A stretch of 46,349 nt of DNA from a virus (lineage: Duplodnaviria; Caudoviricetes). This document shows positions 7,898 through 17,485 of the stretch, piece by piece. Each line of letters starts with the position of its first letter. The stretch's first letter is position 1. Both the position numbers and the translations under genes were made by a program. The DNA is taken from positions 1-46,349 of IMG/VR virus record IMGVR_UViG_3300014208_001435, one strand, 5' to 3'. Under the pieces are notes generated by a model, which searched no databases, was not told where the DNA came from, and worked only from the letters and a program-made list of their open reading frames with translations.

Positions 7898-10120
7898 ATG
7901 CGGTACGGGAGTGTTTGTTCGGGGGTGGAGGCGGCCAGTCTGGCGTGGGGAGCGCTGGGATGGGAGCCGGTATTTTTCAGCGAGATCGAGCCGTTTCCGG
8001 CGGCGGTGCTGATGCAGAAATTCAACGCCACCGCGCCGCTGCACATGCCGGACCCGGATGAAGACGGCATCAGCACTAAGGAAAGCCGGAAACGGAAAGC
8101 GAATATTGAAGCGGTCAGGAGAGCGGGAAAGCAGGGGAAAGCAGCCGGGAGTCAGGAGTCAGGAGTCAGGAGTCAGAATGTCCGTGCGACGGACGGCGGA
8201 ATTGTAACAGCCGGAAAACAGTCTGACGGGGCGGACAAGTCGGACGAGTCAGTGAAAAAAGACAGAGTGCCCAACCTGGGCGACATGACGCAAATAAACG
8301 GAAAGGAGTATGATGGAACAGTTGAACTTCTTGTTGGAGGAACTCCCTGCCAGGGTTTCAGCATCGCCGGAAAGCGCGGGGGACTGGGCGACAAGCGTAG
8401 TCAGTTATCGCTCAAGTATTGCGAACTGGCTTATGAGTGCGGCGCCGAGTGGATTGTCTGGGAGAATGTCCCCGGCGTATTCAGCAGCGAAGGCGGAAAA
8501 GATTTTGCGCGGTTCCTCGGCCTGCTCTGCGGCTGGGCGGTCGAAGTCCCCGAAGACGGCTGGCGGAACAGCGGGATCATCAGCGGCGCGCCGGGATGTT
8601 TCTCCCTGGCGTGGCGAGTGCTTGACGCTCAATACGTGCGAGTGGACGGGCATTGCCGGGCTGTGCCTCAAAGACGCAGGCGTGTGTTCGTTGTCGGACA
8701 TCTTGGAGACTGGCGACGTGCCGCGGCGGTATTATTTGACGGCGACAGCCTGTCGGGGGGTGCTCCGCCGGAGCGCAAAACGGGGGAAGCGGTTGCCGGC
8801 ACTCTTGGAAGCCGCGCTACGGCAGGCGGCGGGCTTGGCACCGAATTTGATCTTGCGGGGGGAATAATTCAAACAGCCGGGGAGCTAAGCGAGAAAAGCG
8901 AGACAAGCAAGAAAAGCGAGAAAAGTGAACAGCCGCAAAAACAGGAGCGGGCCCGGGGCCCGGCGTTCATAGCGGACGTGGCGGGAACGCTGACCAATGC
9001 CGGCAAGGCGGCCGGCAGCGCGACATGCCAGGACGCGGAAAACGGCCTGCTGCTCTGCATGAGCACCGGACAGGGCAGTGCAGAGATAGGGATAGGGACT
9101 ACGCTCAACTGCGACCATGAAGCGCCGATAATAGTGACAAGCGAGCAAAGTGGACAAGCGAGAAAAGCTGAAGACGAAGCAATAATGATCTGCGCCAGCG
9201 AGACGGGTCCGGGATTCTGGCGGCAGGATGACGCCAGCGGCACGGTCAAGACGAACATGGCGGAACCGACGACAGTGGTGATGGAAGTGGCGGAAACACT
9301 GACTGCCAACTGGTATAAAAGCAACGGAGCGAAGGCGGGGAACAACCATGGAATTATGAATGCGGTGATCTGCTTCAACGAAACGCAGATCACCAGTCCG
9401 CAGAATCGCAGCAACCCGCTGCCGGGCGATCCGTGCCACACACTAACCAAAGACTCGCATGCGCCGGTAATCTGCATGATGAAAAACACCGAAAAAACGG
9501 ACTCAACGGACGGGTTAACAGAAGCAATGGAACGGGAGATGCTGGAAGACAATCTGTTCCTGGAACGCGGCATGGACAAGATCAGCGCGGAAGTGGCGCA
9601 CACGCTGCGGGGCGAAGGCTTTGACGCCAGCGAGGACGGGAGCGGTCGGGGAATACCGGTGATAGCCTTCATGGCGGGGGCGGGCGCCAAGGCGGGGAGT
9701 ACCGGCGCGACGGCGGATTGTTCGCCGACGTTGAAAAGCAGCGAATCCGGCAGCAACCGGAGTCCGGCGATAGCGTTCACGCCGGGAGCGGGGGCGACGG
9801 TCGGCAGCATCGCGGCGTCGAAAGAATTATCGCCGACTTTGCGGGCGGCGAGTCACGGCGATAACCGCGCTCCGGCGGTCGCGGTAAATTCAACCGTGCG
9901 GCGTTTGACGCCGCTGGAATGCGAACGGCTGATGGGGTTTCCGGATTATCACACGCTGATCAGATGGAACGGGAAACCGGCGTCGCAGTGTCCGGACGGG
10001 CCGCGTTACAAAGCCTGCGGAAATTCGATGCCGGAAAACGTGATGCGGTGGATCGGGCGGCGTATCGAGATGGTGGTCCGCCTAGCGGCCGGCGGGAAAG
10101 TGGAAAGCGAGAAAAGCTAG
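7898..10120 (+). CDS. C5-cytosine DNA methyltransferase with long variable region and in-frame repeat insertions
   Basis: SVCSGVEA (I), GGTPCQ (IV), WENVPG (VI), PQRRRRVF (VIII), RRLTPLECERLMGFPD (IX), YKACGNS (X). Confidence 0.95.
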   Translation: MRYGSVCSGVEAASLAWGALGWEPVFFSEIEPFPAAVLMQKFNATAPLHMPDPDEDGISTKESRKRKANIEAVRRAGKQGKAAGSQESGVRSQNVRATDGGIVTAGKQSDGADKSDESVKKDRVPNLGDMTQINGKEYDGTVELLVGGTPCQGFSIAGKRGGLGDKRSQLSLKYCELAYECGAEWIVWENVPGVFSSEGGKDFARFLGLLCGWAVEVPEDGWRNSGIISGAPGCFSLAWRVLDAQYVRVDGHCRAVPQRRRRVFVVGHLGDWRRAAAVLFDGDSLSGGAPPERKTGEAVAGTLGSRATAGGGLGTEFDLAGGIIQTAGELSEKSETSKKSEKSEQPQKQERARGPAFIADVAGTLTNAGKAAGSATCQDAENGLLLCMSTGQGSAEIGIGTTLNCDHEAPIIVTSEQSGQARKAEDEAIMICASETGPGFWRQDDASGTVKTNMAEPTTVVMEVAETLTANWYKSNGAKAGNNHGIMNAVICFNETQITSPQNRSNPLPGDPCHTLTKDSHAPVICMMKNTEKTDSTDGLTEAMEREMLEDNLFLERGMDKISAEVAHTLRGEGFDASEDGSGRGIPVIAFMAGAGAKAGSTGATADCSPTLKSSESGSNRSPAIAFTPGAGATVGSIAASKELSPTLRAASHGDNRAPAVAVNSTVRRLTPLECERLMGFPDYHTLIRWNGKPASQCPDGPRYKACGNSMPENVMRWIGRRIEMVVRLAAGGKVESEKS
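8310..8867 (+). CDS. Nested alternative-frame ORF in the C5 MTase, beta-subunit-like (M.EcoHK31I-type arrangement)
   Basis: AAGGAG at 8303-8308 before ATG 8310/8313; CSLSDILETGDVPRRYYLT...GVLRRSAKRGK segment. Confidence 0.6.
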   Translation: MMEQLNFLLEELPARVSASPESAGDWATSVVSYRSSIANWLMSAAPSGLSGRMSPAYSAAKAEKILRGSSACSAAGRSKSPKTAGGTAGSSAARRDVSPWRGECLTLNTCEWTGIAGLCLKDAGVCSLSDILETGDVPRRYYLTATACRGVLRRSAKRGKRLPALLEAALRQAAGLAPNLILRGE

Positions 10121-10200
10121 ACAAGTACCGCCGGTGGCGGAAAGTCAAATCAGGGAACGGAAATTTTAGCACTTTAGAACGGTTTTTCGGGGGTTTGGGA

Positions 10201-10887
10201 ATGGATGGGAAAAAGTTACAGGCTTTTCAGATACACGCGGAAACTGCTGAACTGCTGGAGGAGATGGAACCGCAGCAGGCGGGGCTCATGATTCAGGCGA
10301 TGTGCAAGTATCACTTCTTTGGCGACGCCGAATGGCTCAGAGACAAAACATTGCGTTTGGCTTTCGTGCTTATTCGCGGTCGCATGGACAGGGATGCAGC
10401 CGCATACGCTGACAAGTGTGCTAAAAACCGCGCGAATATCCTGGAACGTTACAAACCGGGGCCGGAAACACCACGGGAGACTGTACGGACGAATACGGAC
10501 GAATACGACCGTATACCAAAGGGTACGAAAAGTACCAATCCAGATCCAAAACCAAAAGGTTCTAAAGAACCTGAAAAGAGCGCACGGGCGGCGGTGCCTA
10601 AAAATAATTATCCGGCATGGATGGAAGGGGAACTGCTGACGGAGTTCGAAGGGTTCCTGGCGGTGTACGAGGCAACCCACGGCAAAAAACCGCATCCGGG
10701 TCAGATGGAGGAGATTATCCTGGACCTGACGCGGATAACTGCGGCGGAACGGCTGCAATCTGTGAAACAGTCGAAAAAGTACGGACAGAAGACAATTCAC
10801 GATCACCGGAAGTTTCAGAAGGGGAGACAGGAGTCAGGAGTCAGAACGGGGGAGCGGAAAGCGTCGGGGTTTGGGATACGTGGCTGA
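10201..10887 (+). CDS. Putative replication initiator (DUF6291-like N-terminus)
   Basis: LLEEMEPQQAGLMIQAMCKY...RMDRDAAAYADKCAKNRAN pattern; low-complexity linker with TACGGACGAA direct repeats near 10484. Confidence 0.7.
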   Translation: MDGKKLQAFQIHAETAELLEEMEPQQAGLMIQAMCKYHFFGDAEWLRDKTLRLAFVLIRGRMDRDAAAYADKCAKNRANILERYKPGPETPRETVRTNTDEYDRIPKGTKSTNPDPKPKGSKEPEKSARAAVPKNNYPAWMEGELLTEFEGFLAVYEATHGKKPHPGQMEEIILDLTRITAAERLQSVKQSKKYGQKTIHDHRKFQKGRQESGVRTGERKASGFGIRG

Positions 10888-10984
10888 AAGCCACGAGCGA
10901 GAAAAGTGGGCAAGCTAGACAAGCGAGAAAAGTTTTTTAAGGCAGGGGCATCCCTGGTGGATGCCCGTAAAACGGGGAAATAAT

Positions 10985-11820
10985 ATGAGCAGGTCGTTAT
11001 TCAGGTATTACGGGGGGAAGTGGAGAATGGCGCCGTGGATTGTGGGACATTTCCCGGAACACCGGGAATACTGCGAGGCGTTCGCGGCGGCGGCATCCTG
11101 TCTGTTCAACAAGGCGCGGAGTTATTCTGAGTGCATCAACGACCTGAACGGCGATGTGATCAATCTTTACCGGGTGCTGCAGAACGATGCCAAGAGCACC
11201 AGACTGCGGAAGCTGCTGATGCTGACGCCGTACAGCAGGGACGAATACGATCTGGCGCATGAAGTATCCGAGGAACCGGTGGAAAGAGCCAGGCGGCTGA
11301 TTATCCGCAGTCTGATGGGGTACAATGCGACATCGGTATGTCTGAACAACAGCAAGTCGGGATTCCGCAACGACATCAACCGGCGGTTCACAGTACCGGC
11401 GCACGACTGGGCGAATTATCCGGCGGACCTGGGGTTCTTCATCGAACGGCTGCGGGGTGTGACCGTGGAGCATATGGATGCCTTCAAGCTGATCGAGCGG
11501 ATGGCGAAAAGCAAAGATACGCTGCTGTATCTGGACCCGCCGTATCCGATGGAGTTGCGCGGAGCGACTAACCAGTGGCAGTATGCGCACGAAATGTCGA
11601 ACGCGGACCATGCGCGGATGGCGGAACTGCTGCTTACGGTCCGGGGCATGGCGGTACTGAGCGGCTACAAAACAGAACTGTATGCGCCGCCGGATGGCGC
11701 AGGGTGGAAAAGGTTTTTCAGATCAATTATTCAGGAAAAAGAACGGAGTGTCTGTGGCTGAATCCGGCGTGTATTGACAGGCTGGAGACTAAGGGCGGAC
11801 AGGAAGTTTTTAAGTTTTAG
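10985..11820 (+). CDS. Dam-like (D12 class) adenine methyltransferase, C-terminus apparently frameshifted
   Basis: YYGGKW, NDLNGDVIN and LYLDPPY motifs; zero frame stops at 11761 while RTECLWLNP lies in the -1 frame ending 11820. Confidence 0.85.
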
Positions 11821-11857
11821 GACGGGTCGAAAACAAAAAGCGAAGGGAATGGGGGAA

Positions 11858-12781
11858 ATGAAAATCGGACTGATTGATGTGGATTCTAAAATGGCGAATC
11901 TGGCGCTGATGAAGATTAGCGCCTGGCATAAGGCGCAGGGTGATGAGGTGGACTGGTTCAAGGGGAACCAGGGCAGCGTGGAGCGCATTTACGCCAGCAG
12001 GATTTTCAACTTCTCGCCGGATTTCCCGTGGCATATATTCGAGGGTTTCCCGGTGGAGATCATCAGGGGCGGGACCGGGTACGACATCAGGAGCAAACTG
12101 CCGCCGGAAATGGAAGTGATGCCGCCCGACTACAGCATCTATCCCGACTGCGATTACGGCGTCGGGTTCATGACGCGGGGATGCATCAATAAATGTGAAT
12201 GGTGCGTAGTTCCGGAAAAAGAGGGGGAGCTGCGCGACAACAGTCCGTGGTGGGGAATATGGCGGCCTGATTACCGGAAGATACTGTTTCTGGACAACAA
12301 TGCGCTGGCAAGCTGGTTCGCAATCAAGGAACTGGAGAACCTGATCGAAGTGAACAAGGCGCGGGGGCGCGGCAAGACCATCATGATCGACTTCAACCAG
12401 GGGCTGGATGCGCGGCTGATTGACGCGGCGCTGTCAAGCTGCGTGTTGTCGAAACTGCACTGGATACGGTTTATCCGTCTGGCGTGTGATTCGCAGGCGA
12501 TGATCGAGCCGGTGAAACACGCGATCATGAATATCCGAACTGCAATGCCGGGACGCGAAATATTCATCTATCTGCTGGTGCGGGACGTGGACGAGGCGGA
12601 AGCGCGGATGCATGAGTTTGACGGCTGCAAGGGGCTGACGTTCTTCGCGCAGCCGTTCCGGGACCCGCGCAATCCGGCGCAGCAGCCGACGGAGGAGCAG
12701 ATGAACTTTGCGCGGTTCGTGAATGTGAAAGGTTCGAAGCTGTGCATGAAAATGAAATTCAAGGAATACAAACGGACATAA
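11858..12781 (+). CDS. Radical SAM protein
   Basis: TRGCINKCEWC (CxxxCxxC); NLALMKISAWHK N-terminus; DFNQGLDAR. Confidence 0.85.
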   Translation: MKIGLIDVDSKMANLALMKISAWHKAQGDEVDWFKGNQGSVERIYASRIFNFSPDFPWHIFEGFPVEIIRGGTGYDIRSKLPPEMEVMPPDYSIYPDCDYGVGFMTRGCINKCEWCVVPEKEGELRDNSPWWGIWRPDYRKILFLDNNALASWFAIKELENLIEVNKARGRGKTIMIDFNQGLDARLIDAALSSCVLSKLHWIRFIRLACDSQAMIEPVKHAIMNIRTAMPGREIFIYLLVRDVDEAEARMHEFDGCKGLTFFAQPFRDPRNPAQQPTEEQMNFARFVNVKGSKLCMKMKFKEYKRT

Positions 12782-12790
12782 GACAGGGAA

Positions 12791-12829
12791 GAATATCCAA
12801 TAACCAACACGGAATATCCAATGTCCAAG
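12791..12829 (+). repeat. Family G heptamer-type repeat (AATATCC / AATAACC / AATGTCC)
   Basis: GAATATCCAATAACCAACACGGAATATCCAATGTCCAAG between two genes. Confidence 0.6.
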
Positions 12830-12862
12830 GGTGGAAATCAAAAGCGAAGGGAATGGGGGAAA

Positions 12863-13858
12863 ATGAGTACGGACCGGGAAATGATGGATTTTAACCTGCA
12901 TAAGCTTAGGATTCGGCAGGCTTATCCGCTGGATTTGAAGATTGAATTTTCACTGCGGACGATATGGCAGTGGAATCAGCATTATGACGGCGGCATCTAT
13001 GTGTCATTCTCCGGCGGCAAAGACAGCACGGTGCTGCTGCACCTGGTCCGCGTCCTTGCCGGGCTGAAAAATGTTCCGGCGGTATTCTGCGACACCGGGC
13101 TGGAATATCCGGAGATCAGAGAGTTTGTCCGGTCCTCCGCCAATGTGACGACGGTCAGGCCTAGATTGTCATTCAAGCAGGTAATCGAGAAATACGGGTA
13201 TCCGGTGATCAGCAAGCGGGTGGCGCAATACATACATGAAGTGCAAGCGGCCAGGGACCCTGACGGACAATTAACCAAATTAAGACTGACGGGATTGAAA
13301 AAAGACGGAAAATATACCCAAATGGGCAAGATACCGGATAAATGGATTCCTTTTATCAAGGCCCCTTTCAAGATTGACTGCATCTGCTGCGATAAACTAA
13401 AAAAACAACCCCTTAACGATTTTAATAAATCATCCGGAAGGGTGCCATATATCGGAATGATGTCTGCCGAAAGCAAACAGAGAGAAGTCAATTATATGAT
13501 ACATGGATGTAATTCATTTGAACAAAAATTTGCAAGATCAACTCCACTGGCGTGGTGGACGGAAGCGGATATCTGGGAATACCTGCGGCGGTATAATGTA
13601 CCGTACAGCAGCATCTATAACATGGGCTACGAACGCACCGGGTGCATGTTCTGCATGTTCGGGCTGCACCTGGAAAATCGTCGGATGAAAAATAATCGTT
13701 TTCAAAAAATGCAGAAAACGCATCCGCAGTTGTATGAATACTGCATGGACAAGCTGGGATGCCGCCGGGTATGCCAGTATATGGGAATACCGTATGAATA
13801 TGTGCCGGAGTTTGAAGCGGTGGACATGTTTGACGAGAAGGACAAGAACAGGGGGTGA
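12863..13858 (+). CDS. PAPS reductase-family (PP-loop) protein
   Basis: YVSFSGGKDS, DTGLEYPE, CCDKLKK and RTGCMFC motifs. Confidence 0.9.
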   Translation: MSTDREMMDFNLHKLRIRQAYPLDLKIEFSLRTIWQWNQHYDGGIYVSFSGGKDSTVLLHLVRVLAGLKNVPAVFCDTGLEYPEIREFVRSSANVTTVRPRLSFKQVIEKYGYPVISKRVAQYIHEVQAARDPDGQLTKLRLTGLKKDGKYTQMGKIPDKWIPFIKAPFKIDCICCDKLKKQPLNDFNKSSGRVPYIGMMSAESKQREVNYMIHGCNSFEQKFARSTPLAWWTEADIWEYLRRYNVPYSSIYNMGYERTGCMFCMFGLHLENRRMKNNRFQKMQKTHPQLYEYCMDKLGCRRVCQYMGIPYEYVPEFEAVDMFDEKDKNRG

Positions 13859-13859
13859 T

Positions 13860-14720
13860 ATGAACAAACTTTATGATCAGAAGATTGAAGCGATGCTGGA
13901 GGAGCGGGAACTGGAGCGGCTGGCGGTTCCGGCGCGGGGGAGCGTGGTGGAGCATGTGTGTCAGTGTTCGCGGGTTACGGCGGTGCGGCTTACCGGGGAG
14001 ACTGAATCTGTCCGGCGGACGGAGTGGCTTAGTCTGACCAGGGCGGGGAATTTCATCAAATGCAAAGAATGCGGGGAGGCCGCCGAGGCGGCGGAACGGG
14101 CGCACTGGAACGCTGTTCAGCACCGCATTGCGGTCAAGGAGGGGACGGTCGCGGATTTGAAACTTACGGCGGCGGAGCAGAAAATTAAACAGGCGGGGTT
14201 TCCGGTGGCGATGACGAAATGGGATGCGAAGCTGGCGAAGCCGGAGGGGCGGGAGCTGCATCAGTGGATCAGCGCGCACCGTGAAGAGAATCTGTGGATA
14301 GCCGACCGCAACGACGTCTGCAAGACCAGGGCGGTGTGCAGTCACGGGGCGCATATCCTGGGGCTGGGCATCAGCGTGAAGTATTTTGACGCGCTGATGC
14401 TGGTGACGCATTACGTGGGGCTGCGGCAGAATGACAACCTGGACAGCGAGAAGTTCATCCGGGGCTGCGCGGCGCGGCTGGTGATCATCGACGACCTCGG
14501 CCAGGGCGGCAAGGTGAGTTCCACCGCAGGGGAGATACTGTTCAAGCTGCTAGACCAGCAGATCAACAACAACGATCTGTTCTGGCTGACCGCGAATATG
14601 AGCGCGAAGGAAGTCGGTGCGCTGTTCGACTACTGGAACACGGCGAACGGGTTCGTGTCCAGGATCGAACGGGCGGTGCGGAAGAGCGGGACGTGGAGCG
14701 AGAGGGATAACAGCGGGTGA
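13860..14720 (+). CDS. DnaC/IstB-like helicase loader with degenerate Walker A
   Basis: N-terminal Cys pairs, LWIADRNDVCKT at the P-loop position, LVIIDDLG Walker B, SRI arginine-finger-like motif. Confidence 0.65.
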   Translation: MNKLYDQKIEAMLEERELERLAVPARGSVVEHVCQCSRVTAVRLTGETESVRRTEWLSLTRAGNFIKCKECGEAAEAAERAHWNAVQHRIAVKEGTVADLKLTAAEQKIKQAGFPVAMTKWDAKLAKPEGRELHQWISAHREENLWIADRNDVCKTRAVCSHGAHILGLGISVKYFDALMLVTHYVGLRQNDNLDSEKFIRGCAARLVIIDDLGQGGKVSSTAGEILFKLLDQQINNNDLFWLTANMSAKEVGALFDYWNTANGFVSRIERAVRKSGTWSERDNSG

Positions 14721-14752
14721 ATGGTGAATGGTGAATGGTGAATGGTGAATGG
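14716..14752 (+). repeat. Family C heptamer tandem (GGTGAAT) x5
   Basis: Direct tandem; related tracts at 1724-1760, 37062-37142 and 44753-44856. Confidence 0.9.
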
Positions 14753-14850
14753 CAGCAGCCAAGAAAACAACCAAAGAGACACGTAGAATACATTTTAACA
14801 GGTATTTACAGGATCGACAGGATAATTCAAAAGAAAGGGGAATGGGAAAA

Positions 14851-15123
14851 ATGAAAGAAGAAAAGTGGACGACTATGCATGTGCATCTGGATATCCGGCA
14901 TTTTTTGACAATGCCGGATAAGAAACTGAAAAATATGCTGTGCAATGCGGAAACCAAGGAATCATTAACGCCAGCTCAGGTCAGGGAGTTCCTGATTGCG
15001 GAACAGCGCAAGGGATATGTTTATTTCTGCTCCTGCGATAAGCGCAAAGCGGACGGCAGTTGCGCGGGGCATCCGGCGGACGCAACGGACACAACGGACG
15101 ATATGGACGGGAGAAAATTATAA
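14851..15123 (+). CDS. Hypothetical phage protein
   Basis: G-rich RBS; Cys-containing C-terminus CSCD...GSCAGH. Confidence 0.6.
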   Translation: MKEEKWTTMHVHLDIRHFLTMPDKKLKNMLCNAETKESLTPAQVREFLIAEQRKGYVYFCSCDKRKADGSCAGHPADATDTTDDMDGRKL

Positions 15124-15446
15124 TGAACAAGCAGCTTAAATATTTTCAGGAGGATATGGCGTTCAAGCTGGACGCGATCATAGTGATCCTGGTGTTCGGG
15201 ATGGAGTTTAGCTGGTGGGTGCGCGCCGCCATCGCCGGGATGTGCATCGGACAGTTTTTCTATGTGCTGCGGGCTGCATGGATGTGGAATAAATCACAGA
15301 CGGAAACGGACGGGGAGATAGTCGAATGCCTGTTCGATATTGCACAGCGGTTCTCGACGGTGTTCCCGCTGACTGATGAGGACCGGCAGGCACTGAACCA
15401 GGCAGCGGATTTGATTAAAAAAGCAAGGGAGGGACAAGGGAAATGA
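15123..15446 (+). CDS. Hypothetical membrane protein
   Basis: TAATG coupling to previous gene; two hydrophobic segments. Confidence 0.6.
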   Translation: MNKQLKYFQEDMAFKLDAIIVILVFGMEFSWWVRAAIAGMCIGQFFYVLRAAWMWNKSQTETDGEIVECLFDIAQRFSTVFPLTDEDRQALNQAADLIKKAREGQGK

Positions 15447-16480
15447 GTAAGACAAAAATACACTGGGCGGATGAGGTCTGGAATCCGGTTACGGGATGCA
15501 GCAGGATTTCGGAGGGGTGCGAGCATTGCTACGCGGAGCGGATGGCTAAACGTTTGAGCCGGGCGGGGATGTGTCCGGGGAAATATGCCAACGGGTTCAA
15601 GGTGACGTGTCACCCGGAGGAACTGCAACGCAGATTTTCCGGCAGGGGGAAAAGAATATTTGTATGCTCGATGGGGGATTTGTTTCATGAGGAGGTGCCG
15701 TTCAAGTTCATTGATGCGGTGATGGCGCAGATAACTTACATGCAGCAGCATACATTCATGCTGCTGACCAAAAGGCCGAAACGGATGCTGGAATTCTTTT
15801 TTGACTATATGGGCGGCGTCAAATGGGGCTGTCCGGCGAATGTCTGGCTGGGCGTTACGGCGGAGAATCAGGCGCGGGCGGATGAACGCATTCCGCTGCT
15901 GCTGGAATGTCCGGCGGCGGTGCGGTTCGTCAGCGTGGAGCCGATGCTGGGAGCGGTCAAGCTGTCTGCAGCAGAGGTGCCAAGCGAGAAAAGCGAGAAA
16001 AGCGAGAAAAGCGAGAAAAGGGAACAGCCGGAAGTCAGGAGTCAGGAGTCAGGAGTCAGAATAACAGCCGGCAGAGCAGCCGGGAAAGTCGGACGGGCAG
16101 GACAGCAAGGCAATAAACCGGACTGGGTGATATGCGGCGGGGAATCGGGGCCGGGGGCGCGTCCGCTGCATCCGGACTGGGTGCGGGGTTTGCGGGACCA
16201 GTGCCAGGCGGCGGGAACGGCGTTCTGGTTCAAGCAGTGGGGGGAGTATTCGCCGGTGCGCTGGCAGGGGACGGAGACTTTCTGCGGCGATTATCTGGCG
16301 TTTCCGGACGGGCAACTAGCGGATATTGATTCCGACGGTCAACTGGCCGGCAATATGCAGGGGGTCAGCCTGCTGCGGCGCATCGGCACCCGCAGGGGCG
16401 GCGACGAACTGGATGGACGGCAGTGGCATGGGCTGCCGCCGGCGGCAGAGGGGCCAAGCGAGACAAGCGAGAAAAGTTGA
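15443..16480 (+). CDS. DUF5131 (phage Gp37/Gp68-like) protein with in-frame repeat insertion
   Basis: WNPVTGCSRISEGCEHCYA, SMGDLFH, LLTKRP, SVEPML, WVICGGESG and FKQWG motifs. Confidence 0.9.
   Translation: MSKTKIHWADEVWNPVTGCSRISEGCEHCYAERMAKRLSRAGMCPGKYANGFKVTCHPEELQRRFSGRGKRIFVCSMGDLFHEEVPFKFIDAVMAQITYMQQHTFMLLTKRPKRMLEFFFDYMGGVKWGCPANVWLGVTAENQARADERIPLLLECPAAVRFVSVEPMLGAVKLSAAEVPSEKSEKSEKSEKREQPEVRSQESGVRITAGRAAGKVGRAGQQGNKPDWVICGGESGPGARPLHPDWVRGLRDQCQAAGTAFWFKQWGEYSPVRWQGTETFCGDYLAFPDGQLADIDSDGQLAGNMQGVSLLRRIGTRRGGDELDGRQWHGLPPAAEGPSETSEKS
16030..16062 (+). repeat. Family B heptamer tandem (GGAGTCA)
   Basis: Copies near 8148, 10823, 16030, 17140, 30980, 35728, 36670 (+) and 41753-41784 (-); most end in AGTCAGAA. 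Confidence 0.9.
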
Positions 16481-16506
16481 AAGTTAAAACAGGAGAGGGA
16501 AAACAA

Positions 16507-17118
16507 ATGAAAGAACATCCGATATTGTTCAGCGGGGCGATGGTGCGGGCGATACTGGACGGGCGGAAGACGCAGACGCGGCGGGTGGTGAAGGTGCCGT
16601 CTACATGCACCCCGCCGCTCAAATGCCCTTACGGCGAGGTTGGCGGACGGCTGTGGGTAAGGGAGACGTGGATGCCGGATGCGCCGCGTGATGGTTCGTG
16701 GGATGATGTTGCATTTTACGGATGTAACTGCTCGCCGCTGTCGTTGATACCAAAACGTTTTCAAAAAGCTGAACATTGTATTTACCGTTCAACATGGACG
16801 GGCGGACAGATGGTCGGCTGGAAACCCAGCATCCACATGCCGCGTTGGGCTTCGCGGATCACGCTGGAAATTACGGCGGTGCGGGTGGAGCGGTTGCAGG
16901 CGATCACGCGGGATGACGCAAAAGCAGAAGGAATCACCGAACATCTTACAGAGTTTTTACCAGGAGCATATACAGAAGAGGCAAAATACCTGTGGCGGAA
17001 TCGCACCAGCGTGGAAAATTTTTCTTTTCTATGGGAATCGGTTTACGGTACCGGTTCCTGGGATGCTGATCCGTGGGTTTGGGTGGTGGAATTTAAGGTG
17101 CTGCCGCAGGCGGCATAG
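16507..17118 (+). CDS. Conserved phage protein (ASCH/PUA-like)
   Basis: PILFSGAMVRAILDGRKTQTRR, RLWVRETW, WKPSIHMPRWASR and PWVWVVEF motifs. Confidence 0.8.
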   Translation: MKEHPILFSGAMVRAILDGRKTQTRRVVKVPSTCTPPLKCPYGEVGGRLWVRETWMPDAPRDGSWDDVAFYGCNCSPLSLIPKRFQKAEHCIYRSTWTGGQMVGWKPSIHMPRWASRITLEITAVRVERLQAITRDDAKAEGITEHLTEFLPGAYTEEAKYLWRNRTSVENFSFLWESVYGTGSWDADPWVWVVEFKVLPQAA

Positions 17119-17245
17119 GAGACAGTGAAAACAGCCGGAATTCAGGAGTCAGGAGTCAGAATGGAGCCGGAAGCAGGGGCATCCCTGGTGGATGCCAGAC
17201 AAGCGAGAAAAGTTTAAAGTTAAAACAGGAAAGGAAAAAAAGTAA

Positions 17246-17485
17246 ATGAGTGAAAAATGTCACAAGTGCGGAAAGCGCATCAATGTTGATACGGAATTTC
17301 ATTGCGATGAGTGCGGGCATGATTTCTGCATCGACTGCATCGAAGATAATGATTCGCATGTCTGTCTGATCGATGATGATGCGTCAGAGAATGTCTGCGA
17401 GTTTATCCAGGAATGCAATGAACTGGAGATTTGCGCGGACTGCTGCAATAAAAAAAGAGAGGGAAAAGCAGATGAAAAAGATTAG
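17246..17485 (+). CDS. Small Cys-rich zinc-finger protein
   Basis: CHKC, CDEC, CIDC and CADC pairs. Confidence 0.65.
   Translation: MSEKCHKCGKRINVDTEFHCDECGHDFCIDCIEDNDSHVCLIDDDASENVCEFIQECNELEICADCCNKKREGKADEKD

Noticed and set aside
9919-10200. Extended N-terminus of the initiator as given in the ORF track
   Set aside because: Overlaps the MTase end and a repeat; the recognisable domain begins at ATG 10201
10483-10512. Replication origin iterons
   Set aside because: Only two to three short repeats that resemble family F, and no skew change here; not supportable
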